NCBI GenBank assembly: GCA_964057225.1
Contig: OZ059894.1
Location: forward strand, 10,788,001 to 10,852,000
Length of the DNA: 64,000 nt
Reading direction: 5' to 3'
Source of the DNA: Auanema rhodensis
Taxonomy: Eukaryota > Animalia > Nematoda
Made by a program: the position numbers and the translations under genes. Below, piece after piece: positions 26,224-41,000 of this stretch. The notes under the pieces are model-generated. The model saw only the letters and a program-made list of their open reading frames with translations, did not search any database and was not told the DNA's origin. Numbering within the stretch: the stretch's first letter is position 1; every line of letters starts with the position of its first letter.

Positions 26224-27079
26224 ATGTTATTTCTCCTTTTGGTAGCTTTGCCCCTCTTTCAAGATTTAGTTCAAGCAGCCTACATTGAAAGAAATGCTGC
26301 TGACTGCGAACTTGCAATGACAAGAGGGACTCCAGGCCCAGATAAAGGATTTCGTGTATGTTATATTGAGAATAGGAGAATGAATGATAATAAGAAAATT
26401 TAGTTTTTCTATGATACTGAATTAGCTATGTGTTTCAAATTCTTCTATGAAGGAAAAAATGAAGGACGGAACTCTTTTAAAACAGAAGACGATTGCACTG
26501 CATATTGTGTCCCCCGTATGAATTCCTACCGAATGTTTTTGAACATTTTGAACTCTTTTCTCTTCAGAAGATTTCAATAGCTGTGGAGCAAATAAAACTC
26601 CTACTGGATTTTGCTCAGATATGATGAACTGTGCTGATCATTCAACTTGCCGTATGGGAAGTTTTGGATTTGGAATTTGCTGCGATAAACAGACAGAAGG
26701 TTAAACTTCGTTTTTGAGAATTAAACTTAAATATATTTTTCCAATCAAAACTCTTATTCAGAGCATTGGGATAAGGATTACTCCCCAAAATGCGCCAACG
26801 GGGCTGAAGTTGTGTCATTGGAACGTTGGTGGGGCCCAGCCGAGCTATTAGGCAAAAGCTGTGATCACAAGTATGTTTACTATTTTATTTATGTCTAAGA
26901 GCTCCTATGCTTTATTCAGATTTTGCCCCGCAAACAGCACATGTCATTCTGGAAAATGGCTTTCTTACTGCTGTAAAACTAGAACTAGAGCTAATCGAAT
27001 CAGAGTAGGTGATTCGAGAAAAATCTTTTCACCCGTTTTGCCTTCAACTTCCGTGATCGCAAATGCTGAAGGGTATTAG
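26224..27079 (+). CDS. Secreted Kunitz/BPTI-like plus Cys-rich domain protein
   Basis: Signal MLFLLLVALPLFQDLVQA; C.L...G / FFYD....CFKFFYEG..GRNSFKTEDDC..YC; followed by CC-containing modules. Confidence 0.75.
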
Positions 27080-27454
27080 ATATAACATGCCACTATATTT
27101 CAAAAAACTCTATTCGAATACTTATACATGTTTACATATCTTAACTTATAATTAGATATAGTTTTAATAATTAATAATTAATAATAAATATAAATTCTAA
27201 TAATTATTTAAACATAAAATAAAATTTTTAACTAGTTATATGTTATGTAATAATTTTATTATTTGTAGATGAATAATGAACAGAATATAGACACATATGC
27301 ATCATATTTCATTCAATATGTGCTTAATGATTTCAGATCATCAGATAAAAATCTTGAAATACAAAGACAATAATTGAATACAAATATTAAAATTAAATTT
27401 CATGAAATGATGTACCTAACTTGTTATATACATACTTCAATTCAATAGTTGAAG

Positions 27455-29171
27455 ATGTGCTATTCCACATATACTATCGTCTTTTTATTCTTTAAATTAA
27501 GTTTCGCCTTGAATGAAAGTAATGATACAATGGTATTACCAGGTTTTCTTTTATTTCTAAAAATTTAGAATCCAATTTTTTCTTTTAGATTTTTTCTATT
27601 TTCAACAAAAATTATTTGACGATACTATTTTTAAAATCAATCCACTGATTCCTCCTATAAATACTAATGGTGAAATGAATAGTAGAAATGTATCTTTATC
27701 TAGATTTCTTAGTAAACTCCAGTGGTTCTACTACACAAGAAAAGTTTCAAGTCCATTTGCATCTTGGCTTCATCAAATTAATCGATTTGGTATAAAATTC
27801 AACAAACAAACAAAGAACTTTATGAATCATTACAGAATGAACCAAATGAAAAAGTTGATTTTGTTATTGAATATATAATAGTAAATTCATTCTTTTTTTT
27901 TTTGTTTTAAAATTTTTGTATATTTAGAGTTACTCAGATCCTAGATTAAGTTGGAATGAAGATAACTATGATGGAATAAGTGTCATTTATCCAAATGAAG
28001 ATTTTATATATAAACCAGATTTAACTCCAACACAAAGGTTTATTTGAAATTAATTAAAATTGTTTATAATAACTCATATTTAGTCAATATTTTGAAGATT
28101 TTCGTCCTAATAATCAAAAATACGCGATGGTTGGTTACTCTATCTCCGACATTAAATTCTTTTTTTTTTATAAAATTTCAGCTTCGTAGTACCGGCGTCA
28201 TCGAAATTTATACAACTTTATTCATATCATGCATCTGTAATATCAATGTATATTCTTTTCATTTCTAGTTATAGATAATTAAATGAAATATTCATTTATT
28301 ATTTTGTAATTTCTAGGTTCGAAAGTTTCCTCATGATTCTCAAACTTGTAGTATCCGATTTTTATCTCAATCACTTTCTGCTGATGTTCAGAATGTTACC
28401 AATAGTATTACAGATCCATATCCCTTTCCTATCGATACTGTAGTAAGTATTGTATTCTTTATGATTTTTCTTTATAATGTTATAGGGTACCGGAGAATGG
28501 TCTGTAATAAACATGAAGCCATTCATTGAGGAAGTTTCTACATCTAGTACAATTCATCTTCAAATTGTGAGTTGTTTTCTTCTTTCCTTTGCTTAATTTC
28601 ACATTTCAGGTTAGATTTGATATAACATTTAAACGAAATTCAATTTACTACTATGCTTTAACAGTTATTCCTTCATTCATCCTCAATGCATTTTCTGTTT
28701 TTGGACTTTTCATCAAATCATCCGACATGATGGGAAAGGTTTGCTCTCATAAAAAATTTAAAAAATATGAAATTATTAAGCTGACTGTTGGTTTAACTAA
28801 CGTTATGTCATTATCATTTATACTCGGAATAATGTCAGAAATGATACCAAAAACTAAAACTTTACCTCTTTTAGGTAAATTATTTCTAATAAGCAATGCT
28901 AATTACATACTTTAAGCCATATATGTGTCCTTTAATTTAATTATCGTTGTGGTATGCTTGTTAGTATCTGCGGCTCTTCCTTGCATGAGCTTTCCTCAAC
29001 TCAAGTGCTCATCAAAGGGTTCACCAAAATTTTCTAAATTGTATGGTAAAATATGAATATTTCTCACAAATATTTTCATTTAGTGTAAATTGGTTTGATC
29101 GTTATGCCGTAGCAATGACTATTGGCCAAATCTTCAATATTATAAATCTGGTTTATTTATTCTTCGGTTAA
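27455..29171 (+). CDS. Divergent Cys-loop ligand-gated ion channel subunit (lgc family)
   Basis: Signal peptide, DPRLSW, IYKPD, Cys-loop CNINVRKFPHDSQTC, GEW, KRNSIYY, TM1 VIPSF, TM2, IPKTKTLPLLA-like M2-M3 loop, short M3-M4 loop, DR before TM4. Confidence 0.85.
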
Positions 29172-29253
29172 ATATTTATTGTATTTCACTAGAATATAAA
29201 TAAAATTAAAATAAAAAAAAACAAAATCTATATAAATGAGTGTAAAGATATAA

Positions 29254-31584
29254 TTATAATTCTATTATGTTATTAGCATTCAGATTCTTTAATTGTTGGT
29301 TTTTTGTCTCATATTCAAGAAATTCTCTTTTATTTTTATGCGTTCGTACAACAAGTCCAGAACTTAAAAAATTGTCGGTTGTTATGATTTCCATGTGCTA
29401 AAAATTAATTTAAATTTATATTTAATAAATATTATTTTACCTTATTAATAAGATCGAGTATAACAGGTTTTTGAAAAACATTATCTTCTGCTTCAGTTCT
29501 ATTTAGTTCTTTTATTGTCGATTGCATTATTTGCATTTGAAGAAGATTATTCTCTAATGATCCCATTTTTTCAAAAAATATATGTAAATTCTATAAAAAT
29601 AACTTTTAGCTATTTTATATGAAATGTTATAGAATACTGAAGGACTATAAATAATATTTGGAGGACCGATATATTCTGTTTCTTCTTTGAAATGACGTAG
29701 AATATCATTAATCAATATTCCATCTTTTGTATTTGATAACTTTGTTAATCTTAACATGAGAATATTTTTAGAATTACATAGTTTACAAACGAAGATCCCA
29801 TTGTAGATGATATGATGTAGGTTTGATTATTTCTGCTAATTAATGAATGAGATACTTGTGGTGGTGATAACTGCAAAAAAGAGTTTTGTTAGGAATAAGA
29901 TATTCTAGAACTTCATCTGAGATTTTTCTTTTGTTTTTCAATTGTTTCTTTAAACTTTTGAATAAATGTTCTTTAGAGAATTCAAAATTATGAATCAAGT
30001 TTCTTCTCATATTCTCATGACACATTTCTGAAAGAATTTAAAACAATAAAATCCAATGTTATATAGACAGTACGATTTTTAGAATCTGTATTTGAACAAA
30101 ATGAATTGATAAATCCAGGAAGAAATGCTGTCAAATCTTTGCTTATCTTCATACTGTCCTTAGTTGAAGATTCAAATTTAATACTTTTAGCTTTAACTGA
30201 AACTTAAAACTATAATCTTATATATATATATATATATATATCTTTTAAAAAATTCTTATTCACCTATTTCAAATCCCATATCTCTATACATTTTGGTAAT
30301 TTCTGACGTGAATTCAATGTTTTGGGGATTATAAAAGGGTTCAGAAGGAGCTTTGATAGCCATTATCCTAGCCAAATTATACGCATAAGTTGAAGAGTTT
30401 TTTACATTTTTCATTTCATCGTAAAAATGTCTAAAATTCCGAGTTATAAACAAAGTTTTTCGTGTTTTACCTCATATAATTAACAGATTTAACTTGTGGA
30501 TAGTACTGATACTCTGTTAGCATATTGTGTAGATCGTTAGGCAGCTTAAAAAGTTTTGAGAAATTTAACTCAAACTTAGGATCAAAAAAAGTTTTTGCAA
30601 GAAAATCTCGCTCTTCTTTATTTAAAGATTCGTACATTATCTTTATCATAAATAGATAATTTGGTACTTGAGCTGGAAACAAATCTAAAATCTCAGATAC
30701 CATAACTGAACTAACTAGTTATACTCTTATGTTTTAATGATTTATACTGTATATCTGTTGATAAACTTTCAAATTTTAGATTTGAGGAATTTCGTCTTGA
30801 ATACAAAATTTTAAATTTTAAAAATTAAAGGAAATATACCCATCTACAAGAAAAATATTAACATATCCACCTACACCATTAGTAGAAGGTGTTTCAAGTA
30901 ATGAGCATATTAATAACATCAGAGTAAGTACAAATGCACTTGTTTTATTATTTTCTTTGTTTCTAAAAAAAACAAATATAAAAAATAGAAAATAAAACAA
31001 AAACCTAATAAAATATTTACATATTTTCGCATTAGTATATATGAAATCATCAAAATCATGATATATAGGAGTAATATGCTTAGTTGAAGTATAATGTTCC
31101 TATAAATTTAGAAATTTTTATAATTTTCTATTCTTATTGTTTTGATACTTACTGTTTTCTTTGCTAAAATACTTTTAAATTTTAATTGTGATGGAATCAT
31201 ATCATTTGATCCTACTCCACTTATGAAAGCATAAAGCAAAGCAACATCTAAAATCAATAATACGACTAAAGGATAAGTCCAAAGAACGGTTCTAATTGGC
31301 TGCTTCTTTCTTAAATTTTGTGTTTTTCAAAACATATTTACTCAATAAACCTTTTATTATTTTTTTGCCGTGACTCAGAAGAGTTACTTTGTGATTTATT
31401 CTAAATACTCTAATTCATTTTTAATTTTAAAATATTTAATTTACCTTTTTTGTTTTTTCTTTCAACTGCAAAAAGTAAAATTAAGTTGTATAAAAATTAA
31501 AAACAATTGTATTAAACTAACTTTATCCTTTGATTCTGACTTGAGATTTTGATTTGTTTCCTTTTCTTCGTTCGATTGAACCAT
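29254..31584 (-). CDS. Uncharacterised multi-exon protein, probably type II membrane
   Basis: Chain of minus-strand ORFs (29554-31000) linked by short GT-AG introns, with an N-terminal hydrophobic segment VLWTYPLVVLLILDVALLYAFI. No family recognised; boundaries approximate. Confidence 0.45.
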
Positions 31585-32141
31585 TTTCTAAAAATGATTC
31601 ACTATCTAACAAAACAAATTAAAGTTTTATACTTATTGACTATTAGATTACGTAAAAATTAGCATATTAAGCTTTATGAACTTTGTGTTTAAACTTAATA
31701 GTTTTCTAATATATTTCAAATATTATGTTTAGTTATTATATATTATATATAAAATAAATTAAAATGAATATTTTGAAATAATTTATTCAAAATTTTATAT
31801 AAGTATGACCATAATAGGTATATGAGTGGTTATAAAAAAGTTTTTAGCTCATCTCTTGAAAAGAATGTATAAATAAGAAAAAAAACAATAAATACTGAAT
31901 AGTTTCTGATTTTAAAAAATAAAAGTATTTTGTATAATATAAAAGAGATTTATCCAATTATAATGCACTTGGTATAGTATATATATATAGTTACATGGGT
32001 ATAATATATCACAATTGAGCTCAATATATCGAGAAAGCTGTTATATCTAATAAACTAAAAGAGAAAAAACTATGTCATTTTATGAATTATACGTATAAGA
32101 ATGACATTATGAAAGTGGAATGAGAATAAGGCTATAAAGAA

Positions 32142-35061
32142 TCACCACCATCCATTGCCCATGTTCATATAGGTTGTGGTGGGAGGTGCCTGAGACAAGT
32201 AATTAGCTGATGGAAGATATCCAGTAGAAGCTGATAAATATCTGAAACTCAATGGATAAAATGTGTTTTTGTATTTTCACTAAATACATAGAAATGTGAA
32301 GTGTATAACAGGGAAAAAACAAATAAACACTATACCCGTTTGCCGTATTTGAGAAAGCGACAGCAGCAGCTTGATACGGTGATGTTGATAATTCCGATAC
32401 TTTACTATCTCTAACCAAGACTGTATTCAAAGACAAATTAGACATTCTAAAGCTGGAAGAATGTTATAAGTTTTGGAGTAAAACACAATTTACTCACCCT
32501 CGTGCACTGAAAGCTGTAGACGAGGCTGGAGAAGGGAAAGCGTTTGTTGCTGTTGGCATGCTAGCAAGAATATTCGTGTTGAGACCTTTGTCTTGCATTG
32601 CCTTTTTAGTTTTATATCTAAAAAGTAAAAGTTTTTCAAAACTAAATGTTTAAGAAATACCTATGATTTTGAAACCATATCTTCACTTGAGTTGGGGTTA
32701 ACCCAATTCGTAGAGCTAACTGTTCTCGTTCTTGGGCAGACAAATACCGAGAAATTTGAAAACATCTTTCTAATTCTTGTGTCTGAGGTTTGGTGAATAG
32801 TACTCGCCGCTTTCTTTTCTTTTTTTTCCCTTGAAATTTGAAAATAATCATGATACACTGAAAAACTTGCTCTTACCGGTGCCATCATCTATCTCATCTC
32901 CATCATCAAGTTCTTCTTCCTCTTCTTCATCTACTTTTGATCTAAAAAATCGTTTTTAGAAAATATTACAATCATTTTACATGAGTAGTTTTATTATTTT
33001 TGTTTTGACATGATAGTAATAACCTACATGCTTTTATCTGGAGTGATATGTTTGTCCTCTTCTGGCAATATCAGCATATTCTCACGACGTTGAAAAGGAT
33101 CAGCAGGAGGTAAGTTGTACATGGAAACAGGAGTTCCTAAAAGTTTGTATTTCCCTGGAACTTTCTGTTTTCTTACCTGTGGTTATTCCATTTTGAAAAT
33201 ACGAAGCATCTTCAATATATGATCTTTGATCCAACGAAAAAGCATGAGCTGTTGAATATCCTAAAATTTTAACTTTCAGAGAACTTAGAGAATATTTCAA
33301 ACTGTTTTAGGAAATGTGAATTACTGTATATTATTTTGGATTACGGTAGCACCGGCTTATATCAAAGAAAGATTTAGAGCATTTAGTGCTGATTGGATAC
33401 AGTATTGATCCCTTTTTGAACAAGGAAGTATTCCTCTAAGCCGCATATACTTTCATCATACGTAAGCTGGGGAGATACAGGCTAAAGATTTTAGATAGAC
33501 TGAGCAATCGAGTGGAAAAGAAACAGAGAGAACGAAGAGAAATATAGTATCTCTCTATATCCAATTGTCTAGATTTGCTGCTCTCCTCTTGTACTTGCGG
33601 CTTCATTCCATCTATTTCTGCTACTGCATCTTCTTCTTCTTCTCTCTTTATCTGTATTTGTTTGTGTTCGTGAACATCTTCTATGTAATGTCAACAGATC
33701 GTCAGCCGGAAAGAGCAACAGAGGAAAAGTCATTCATTACTGAGAGAGTTAGGAAGACAATCATTGTCGTCGTCGTGGTCTTCTTCGTCAAATCTGAAGC
33801 CGTTGTTCCCTCATCACATATCGTCAGCATAGCTTTCCTTAAAATCCGTTACATCCCACCCTTGCTACAGTACCCAGCGACAATACAAATTCAACGGCTT
33901 TTCTCTCGTTCTTCCTCAATCTATCTTCCTCTTTTCCCTTTATGCTCCTCATCTTATTCGATTCGCGAACTTAAACTGGGACCGTTGCTTATAATTTAAC
34001 GAAATCCACTCGAAGAATTCAACTGCGAATATGCGTGTTGATTTTTCTCAATTGAAGTAATATAAAAATAAATTATGAAAACAGAAATCTAAACTGAATA
34101 GGGCAATAACAGAGAAGATATTGAGAAAATTGAAATACAAGAAATATTTGCAGGGAATTACTTGAAATTATGTTTTTTCTTTATAACTATCACTATATAC
34201 TATCACACTTACCAGCTAATAGAGGCAACTGATCGCTCCAATTACCATTGACCCTAGATCGACACACTCCTCTTACTTCATGATCGACTTCATCCCATTT
34301 CAGCTCGTTCCTTGAACTATTTTAAAATGATTTCAAGTCTTTTTTTTCAAAGCGTATTTTCTATTTGAAAATAATAAGATTTTTAATGAAATTATGATAA
34401 ATTTGAGTTTTGTAAGCAAATGCTCGACGCGAAAACGCAAACGTGTTGAAATTGAATGTAGCACTCGAGGTTAGAGAAGTTTTTGAAAATTTGAAATAGC
34501 AAAATATAAATTTGAAATATAATCGAAATTAGAGTCTAGAGAATATACTTAGGTCATCTTCTAACAAAGATTTGAATTGAATAATAAATGGGAAGATAGT
34601 TCAAGATCAACAAAAACTAAAAAAGGAAAGCATAGAAGATAAGTAACATACTTTGGATCCGTGTTTCCAACCAATTGATTCAGTGCAGGAGATGAAATAG
34701 TCGACACATTAGCTGCGCAATTGCTGGCGCTGTTGGCGCCAGCCGGCGCTCCTACTATGCCCGTCGTGGTGGACGTTGTTATATCTCCAGAAGAATGTGA
34801 AACTGTACTAGAAGAGTCTTCTGGCAACGGTTCAGATGATGAATTGGCCAAGTAGCCTGGTACTAGTGGACAGTTTATAGTGTTGTTTGATAGAGATGAA
34901 GAAGCGTGATCAGCAGATCCAGATGCTACAGATCCGTAAAGTGGACCTAAGGAATTAACTGAACTTGAAGAGTTATTACAGCCGATAATAGCTTGCTGAT
35001 GATTAGAGCTGTTCGTGGAAGACGACGTGGAAGTGCCTACAAGGGCTGGCACGTTGAACAT
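32142..35061 (-). CDS. ceh-22: NK-2 class homeobox transcription factor
   Basis: Homeodomain [48 protein letters not shown] with the NK-type Tyr54. N-terminus MFNVPAL resembles the recalled CEH-22 N-terminus. Ends NGWW*. Confidence 0.85.
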
Positions 35062-38000
35062 ACTCAAGATGAGATGAGAGCAATTGACAGGACAGTGACT
35101 CCGCCCTCTGAGCTCAGCGGGCTTTGCTCGGCTCAACACAGAGATGAGCAGTAGCCTTCCCACCCACTCTATATCACTCCCTTATAGACAGTTAAAGATA
35201 ATATGAAATACAATAACAGAGAGAGTATTGTACAAATAAAGAATTGAAGAAATACTAAGTTGATTAAGTCTGAGTTATATATGTGTCTTGATCAGTTTAA
35301 AGATAAGTAGATTAGTGAGTTATTAATTAAAATAAGGCAAATCTGACTAAAAACTATATGATATTATAACTTCATGAACTTCATAATACCAATTCCGCTA
35401 ATGGCTTAGATTTTCAAAGTTTTCATTACATTCTTTTGTTTTCTGTCGGAGATTACGGTATTGGAAAGATTAAAAGAGAGCGTTTTAAAGCCAACTGATT
35501 TACTTAATTTTCTTCAAAATACTATTTTGTTAACAATTAATGGCTATTTAAATGAAACCTGGAACAGCAAAAACAGATATTACAATTGATCCATCTCTTA
35601 AGCTGAAGTGGCCGAGTTCGCAGACTTGTAGAGCTACACGTGTGCATCTCGCTTGAAGAGTATCGGTTAGCTTTATTAGATTGTAAACGACAAGTTTATT
35701 GTAAATGAAAACAGTCTCTTCATAATGGTCAGCAAGCTTAAGACTTCCAATTTTTCATTTAACAAGCACTTATTAAGTAAGTTGTTTTACTTTTAAACGT
35801 TAATATTGATTAGAAAGCTGACAAACTTAGAATTCTTCTATCATGAAATTATAATTGTACTTCAAGAAAAGGAAAAACTTTCTCACAATTTAGCATACTT
35901 TTTATATTTACGGTATAAATTATTTATTTTTAAAATTACAATTCAAGTTACTTTCTCAGCTAATGCTGAACTAAAAATCTTGAATACAACAGAAATATTA
36001 AAAGTCTTCAAACATATAATTCAATTTAATAGTTTGCATATATGGAACATGAAATTCAAAAATATTAGGTATAGATAATGATTGAAAGAGGAAGCAATGT
36101 GGGAGCGTATGAAGAACCACTTAACCACACTCTTCATTCAACAACATGATCAAGATTCACTCCATAGACTCACCGGCTTCTTCTCATTTCATTTTGAATT
36201 TTATTCAGCTATCTTATTCGCATGGAAGAGCAATCTTGAAGAAAATTTCAGTTCTCCTGTTTGAATTTTCATAAACTTTAGTTAATGTTTTAGATAAATT
36301 CAATAATATTTCTTTTCATATATATAATATAATATTTTTAATTTTAACATATGTTCATATGATATAATATATTTTTTTATATTTACATGTAATTCTTATA
36401 TAATTCAGTTTCGAATAGAAATAGATTAAATTATATTCTCTTTCAGTATTATAAAAGTATTTAGCTTTTCATATCGCTTACTGTCATCCAACAAACACTG
36501 TATATCGACATCTCATATTACATGAGAATGGATGTCTGCTTAGTTGCCGTTACAATACCATTTAATATATGTATTTATTACATTTCATTTAAGATCTTTT
36601 CTCTTTTATAACATTTCTTACAGTAAATAAAGGAAAACCGTTAGAATATTAGATACACCTAAACTATCTGTCACGTTATGTATCTATAGTTTCATCTTTA
36701 ACTTTCTTTTGTCTTTTGTCTTTTCTCTCATTGCTTGTTTCGTTATATAATTCATTGTAATTTAGATTAAGAATGGATTACTTCTCTTTTCTAAAAATTC
36801 GTTTTCTCGAAAATATTTCCCACGGATATAGCTTAAGTTCCTATCATTTTACCTGCTGATTCTTTGTAATCAATGAGGTCATAACTACATCAAAAGTTCA
36901 TGTTGACTGTGACGCAATCACCGAGATTACGGTAATATAAATAAAAAAATTAGTTTATTTCGTTGTTAGATGAGACAGTCTAGTTAGAATCATAATACAG
37001 TTACTAATCGGTTAATTCCCAAATAAAGTCATATGATATCATATTTCATATTATTGAGGACTACTATACTTGTAAGTGTGTTTTTTCTTATTTCTATTGC
37101 AATTCTATTTCTAATTAAAGAATTTGTTTTTCAATCAACTTGTGAAAAAGTTGTAAAATCGAAATCCGAATAAGTACTGTAATCAAAGTATATCATCAGC
37201 TTGGCAGCATTGTTTGAGACGAGAGCTTGAAGTGGTAGACAAACATCCTTTCTCTTTCTCGCAACAGCAACTTTGTATTTTCTTTATCATATTCTTTCCT
37301 GCATTCACTATAAAAACAACTTTTAATTTTTTTGTTTCGTACTTTTCTAAAGCCGGAATTTACATGTCTTGTACATAGTTAAATATTTTATTTTGAGTTG
37401 AAAAGCTTAATGATTAAAGATAGTACTTAGAATAGTAAAGTGAAAAAGTTTGCAAAATACAATCTGTTATTCAGGTTAGTTAATGTATTTGTTACTTCGG
37501 AAAAGGAGAAAGAAAATGTATTTCTTGTTTAAATTGAAGAAGGGGAAGAAAGAATTGTGTAGGATATATATTATTTATTTTATAAAGTTAGAGAAATATA
37601 GAGACAAGAGATATTGAGGAGATAGGAGAGCGAAGCCAACACGAATGACTTCTCCTTTATCTCGCCTGCCTGTATGTTCTACCAAGAAGACAGAGTTTTC
37701 GGTGAGAAATAGCATATATATACAAGAGATATTATAAATTCCAAAGAAAAAAGAAGTTAAAAGCAATAAAGGTGTGTCTGTAAACGGTTTGTATAATGCC
37801 GGCACATTCATTTGAACGATTATGTACCAAATGTGCATCTATTCAAACATATATAAAGCTTAGCTTCTTACATGCGACGTTATATACTTATTTCTATACA
37901 AATTAATCATGGGTTTATAAGAAAATCTTACAAACTATTATCTTTTATCATTTGGATTTTATTTATAACTATAATTTATAATAAAAATTTATATAGTTAA

Positions 38001-38095
38001 CATCAAATTATAAATACAAACCCGCATAATTTCATTAAAGTTTCAACATATGGATACAGATAAAGAATGGAAGGTGAACCTAAAATGCATATATT

Positions 38096-41000
38096 TTAAG
38101 TTGAATTATCATGATGATCATCTGATTTTTCTTTGGAAATAATATCAGGCTCATCTAATGAAGACTGTTTCATCACTACGGTATTCGAATATCCAGAATC
38201 AATCATAGCAGAATGCCTTAATTATATTGTTTTTATAAAAAATTCAATTTTAATTAATCAATTAACCTTCGCAAAACATTTTGATCGCTTGAATCTGTAG
38301 GTAAAGCAGGAGAAATCCCTTTCAATATTTCTTCCTTGTTTTTTTGTTCTTCTCGATTACGTGACATAGTAATATTAGATTCAGATGGAAAATGACGAAG
38401 AAGATAATTTGATGTAGAACATGGTACTTCAGATGTTTTTTCCAAATTATCTATTTTGGAATTCTTTAAATATATTATTACATATGATAAATATTAGAAG
38501 ACTTACGTGAGCATTTAAAGATGAATATTTCGCTTGCAATTCTTTTTGAAGATCATCATCATCAGCCTGAACAATATGAATTTAATAGATGTTATAGCTC
38601 TAAGACTGACCTTAAATATTGATAATGTTGATCTTAAATTCAAAATAGGACTTGCTACTTCAGTTGAATAATCAAACTAAAAATTATATTTAAGGAAATA
38701 TTGATTAATAGAAAGATTCACTTTCAAATCACAATACGCTGCAGATAAAAGAGATTCATCATCAATCATCATACTATTAGTATATACTGTAGAATAAGAT
38801 GAATTTGAGTCTATAGATTACATATTATAATTAAAAATAATTTATATTTTCATGTTTTAATACCTTTTCGCATCATTCTCCATCGGCGACCTTTTCTTGA
38901 TCTTTCTAGGTCCTGATAATTTGATTCTATTGGAATAGGTTCAGTTTGAGAACTAGTTGTAATCATCACAGGTGCTTTTGTTGCAGCATCATCAACTAAT
39001 CGATTTAATCGTTCAGATTGAATAAATTTCGAAAAAATCATTCCCCTATCAATTTAAATGTAAATCTTCTTGTGTACAAATTAATAAAATACCTAAAATC
39101 GCCAGGTTGTGGTTTAATTCTATCCAATGTTCTAATGGTGTTGAATAATGGTCTACTTCTATGAAATCTGTATCTCGCCATGTTCAAGGGCAACTTAGCT
39201 GATGATTTTCGTTTTTCTGAAAATTAAAAATTCGACTAAAAAAAAATTTTTATAACCTGTGGCAGGAGATGAAGTTTCTACAGTAGCATCCTTCTCGCAC
39301 TATAACAATTTAATTTGAAATAAATTATTTGAATATAAATAACTTTATTTAATGATGAATCATCTTCACATTCAGAATCAGAATCATTCACTCCACCAAG
39401 ACGAGAAGCCAAAAGATTTTCAGCAATTCTAAAGAAAATATAAATGTTTAACAGACATTTTAATTACCGTTCTGCCATCCATCCCTTAGCCTCATTGAAC
39501 AAACTTGGATCATGTGTTACTTTTTTCATTGGTAAAGTTAGAAGATTACCTAATAGAAGAAGCCAATCAAATTATATAACTTTTCTTAAAGATACCAGTC
39601 ATTTTGAACTCTAATGGTATTGCTTCTTCGTCTAAGCTTTCTTCATTTGCAACGATTTCTGCCATTTTTTCAATTTCTTCAATATATTCTTCTAACAAAC
39701 GATCCAATAATCGTTCTAATGATGCCTTAATAAACAGTAGATTCATAATTCTTCAACTAAATAAAGATTGAACTTTCAACTCTTTTTTCTAACATCTGGG
39801 TGATGAAAGAGAACAATGAAGAGTTGCGTGATTTACTGCCGACAATTATTTCAAATTTATGCTTGCAATTGTGATAAAAAAAAGAAAAAAGAAGAGATGA
39901 AATAGAGATGAGAGAGAAAAAAGAAGGAAATTTTAAAACGACATAATAGCACGAAAATTACGATAATTGCTGAAAATGTTGAAAAGGAATGTTATCTTTC
40001 ACCTGAATCAAGTTGAAGCACATTGACAGGAGTGCTAGTCCTATCAAAATTAGTATAAAATTGAAGATCATCATGTCTGGATTGGAGAATACAATATCAC
40101 CTAGTCCAACAGTGCTAATGTAAAATATAATATAGTTTTCTTTAAAATCTGAATACTAACCTAATAGAAACAAAGAAAAAATAAACGGATGTCAAGAATC
40201 CCCACTGATGTTCCCATATGCAGAACAATGACGCAGAAAATATTATCCACAGAAGAAGAATAGACAAAGCTATAGGAATGGGGAAGCCAGTTTGAGCATG
40301 ATATACGTTTTGTACTGGGTTCTAAATAAAAATATTTTTTCTTCTCATTAAAGAAAAACACCTCTTTTTCCTCTACTCCTGTTCCACTTTCTTCACTATC
40401 TTCGTTGGTTTTTTTGGATTCTATTGTAAGCTTGGTGTTATTTGGTTCCAATTTTTTACGAATCTAGATTTGAAAAAATGTCAAGCCTGTCATAATGATT
40501 CTTGAGCTTACAATTCCGGGCATAGACAATCGTCTTATAGGGGTAACCTCGACAATTTTTCTTTTAGAAGCTCCCATCCTCTTATAAAGCTTTCGCAAAC
40601 CACGAGAAAGCAGTTGTCCCATATCCTAGAAAGCGAGTTAAAAGCAAAACGATCGATGAAAAATCTAGTACTTTTAGTATGATAAGAAAAATTGGAATTC
40701 CAAATAAAATATAAAAAATGGTAGCAACTCTTCCACCAGTGGTCTGAGTTGTTGGATAACCGTAGCCTATAACATATTAGTGAAAAATATAATATTATTG
40801 GTTGTTTTATTTTTAATTTTCAAAGAAAATATGAATGATATAAGTTGTGCATCTAATTTTTTGTTGTTGTAATCATAATAGCTTTGACGAAGTGTGATTA
40901 ATTTTGAGTGAATAGCGAAAAAATATATTGTAATATCCGTTGTATATATGAAATGAGCTCTTATATTTCTTATGAAAGAGATTTAAGAAAAGTCCGAAAA

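Noticed and set aside
33565-33999. 144-aa plus-strand ORF
   Set aside because: Low-complexity CT-rich sequence antisense within the ceh-22 intron, with a non-ATG start.
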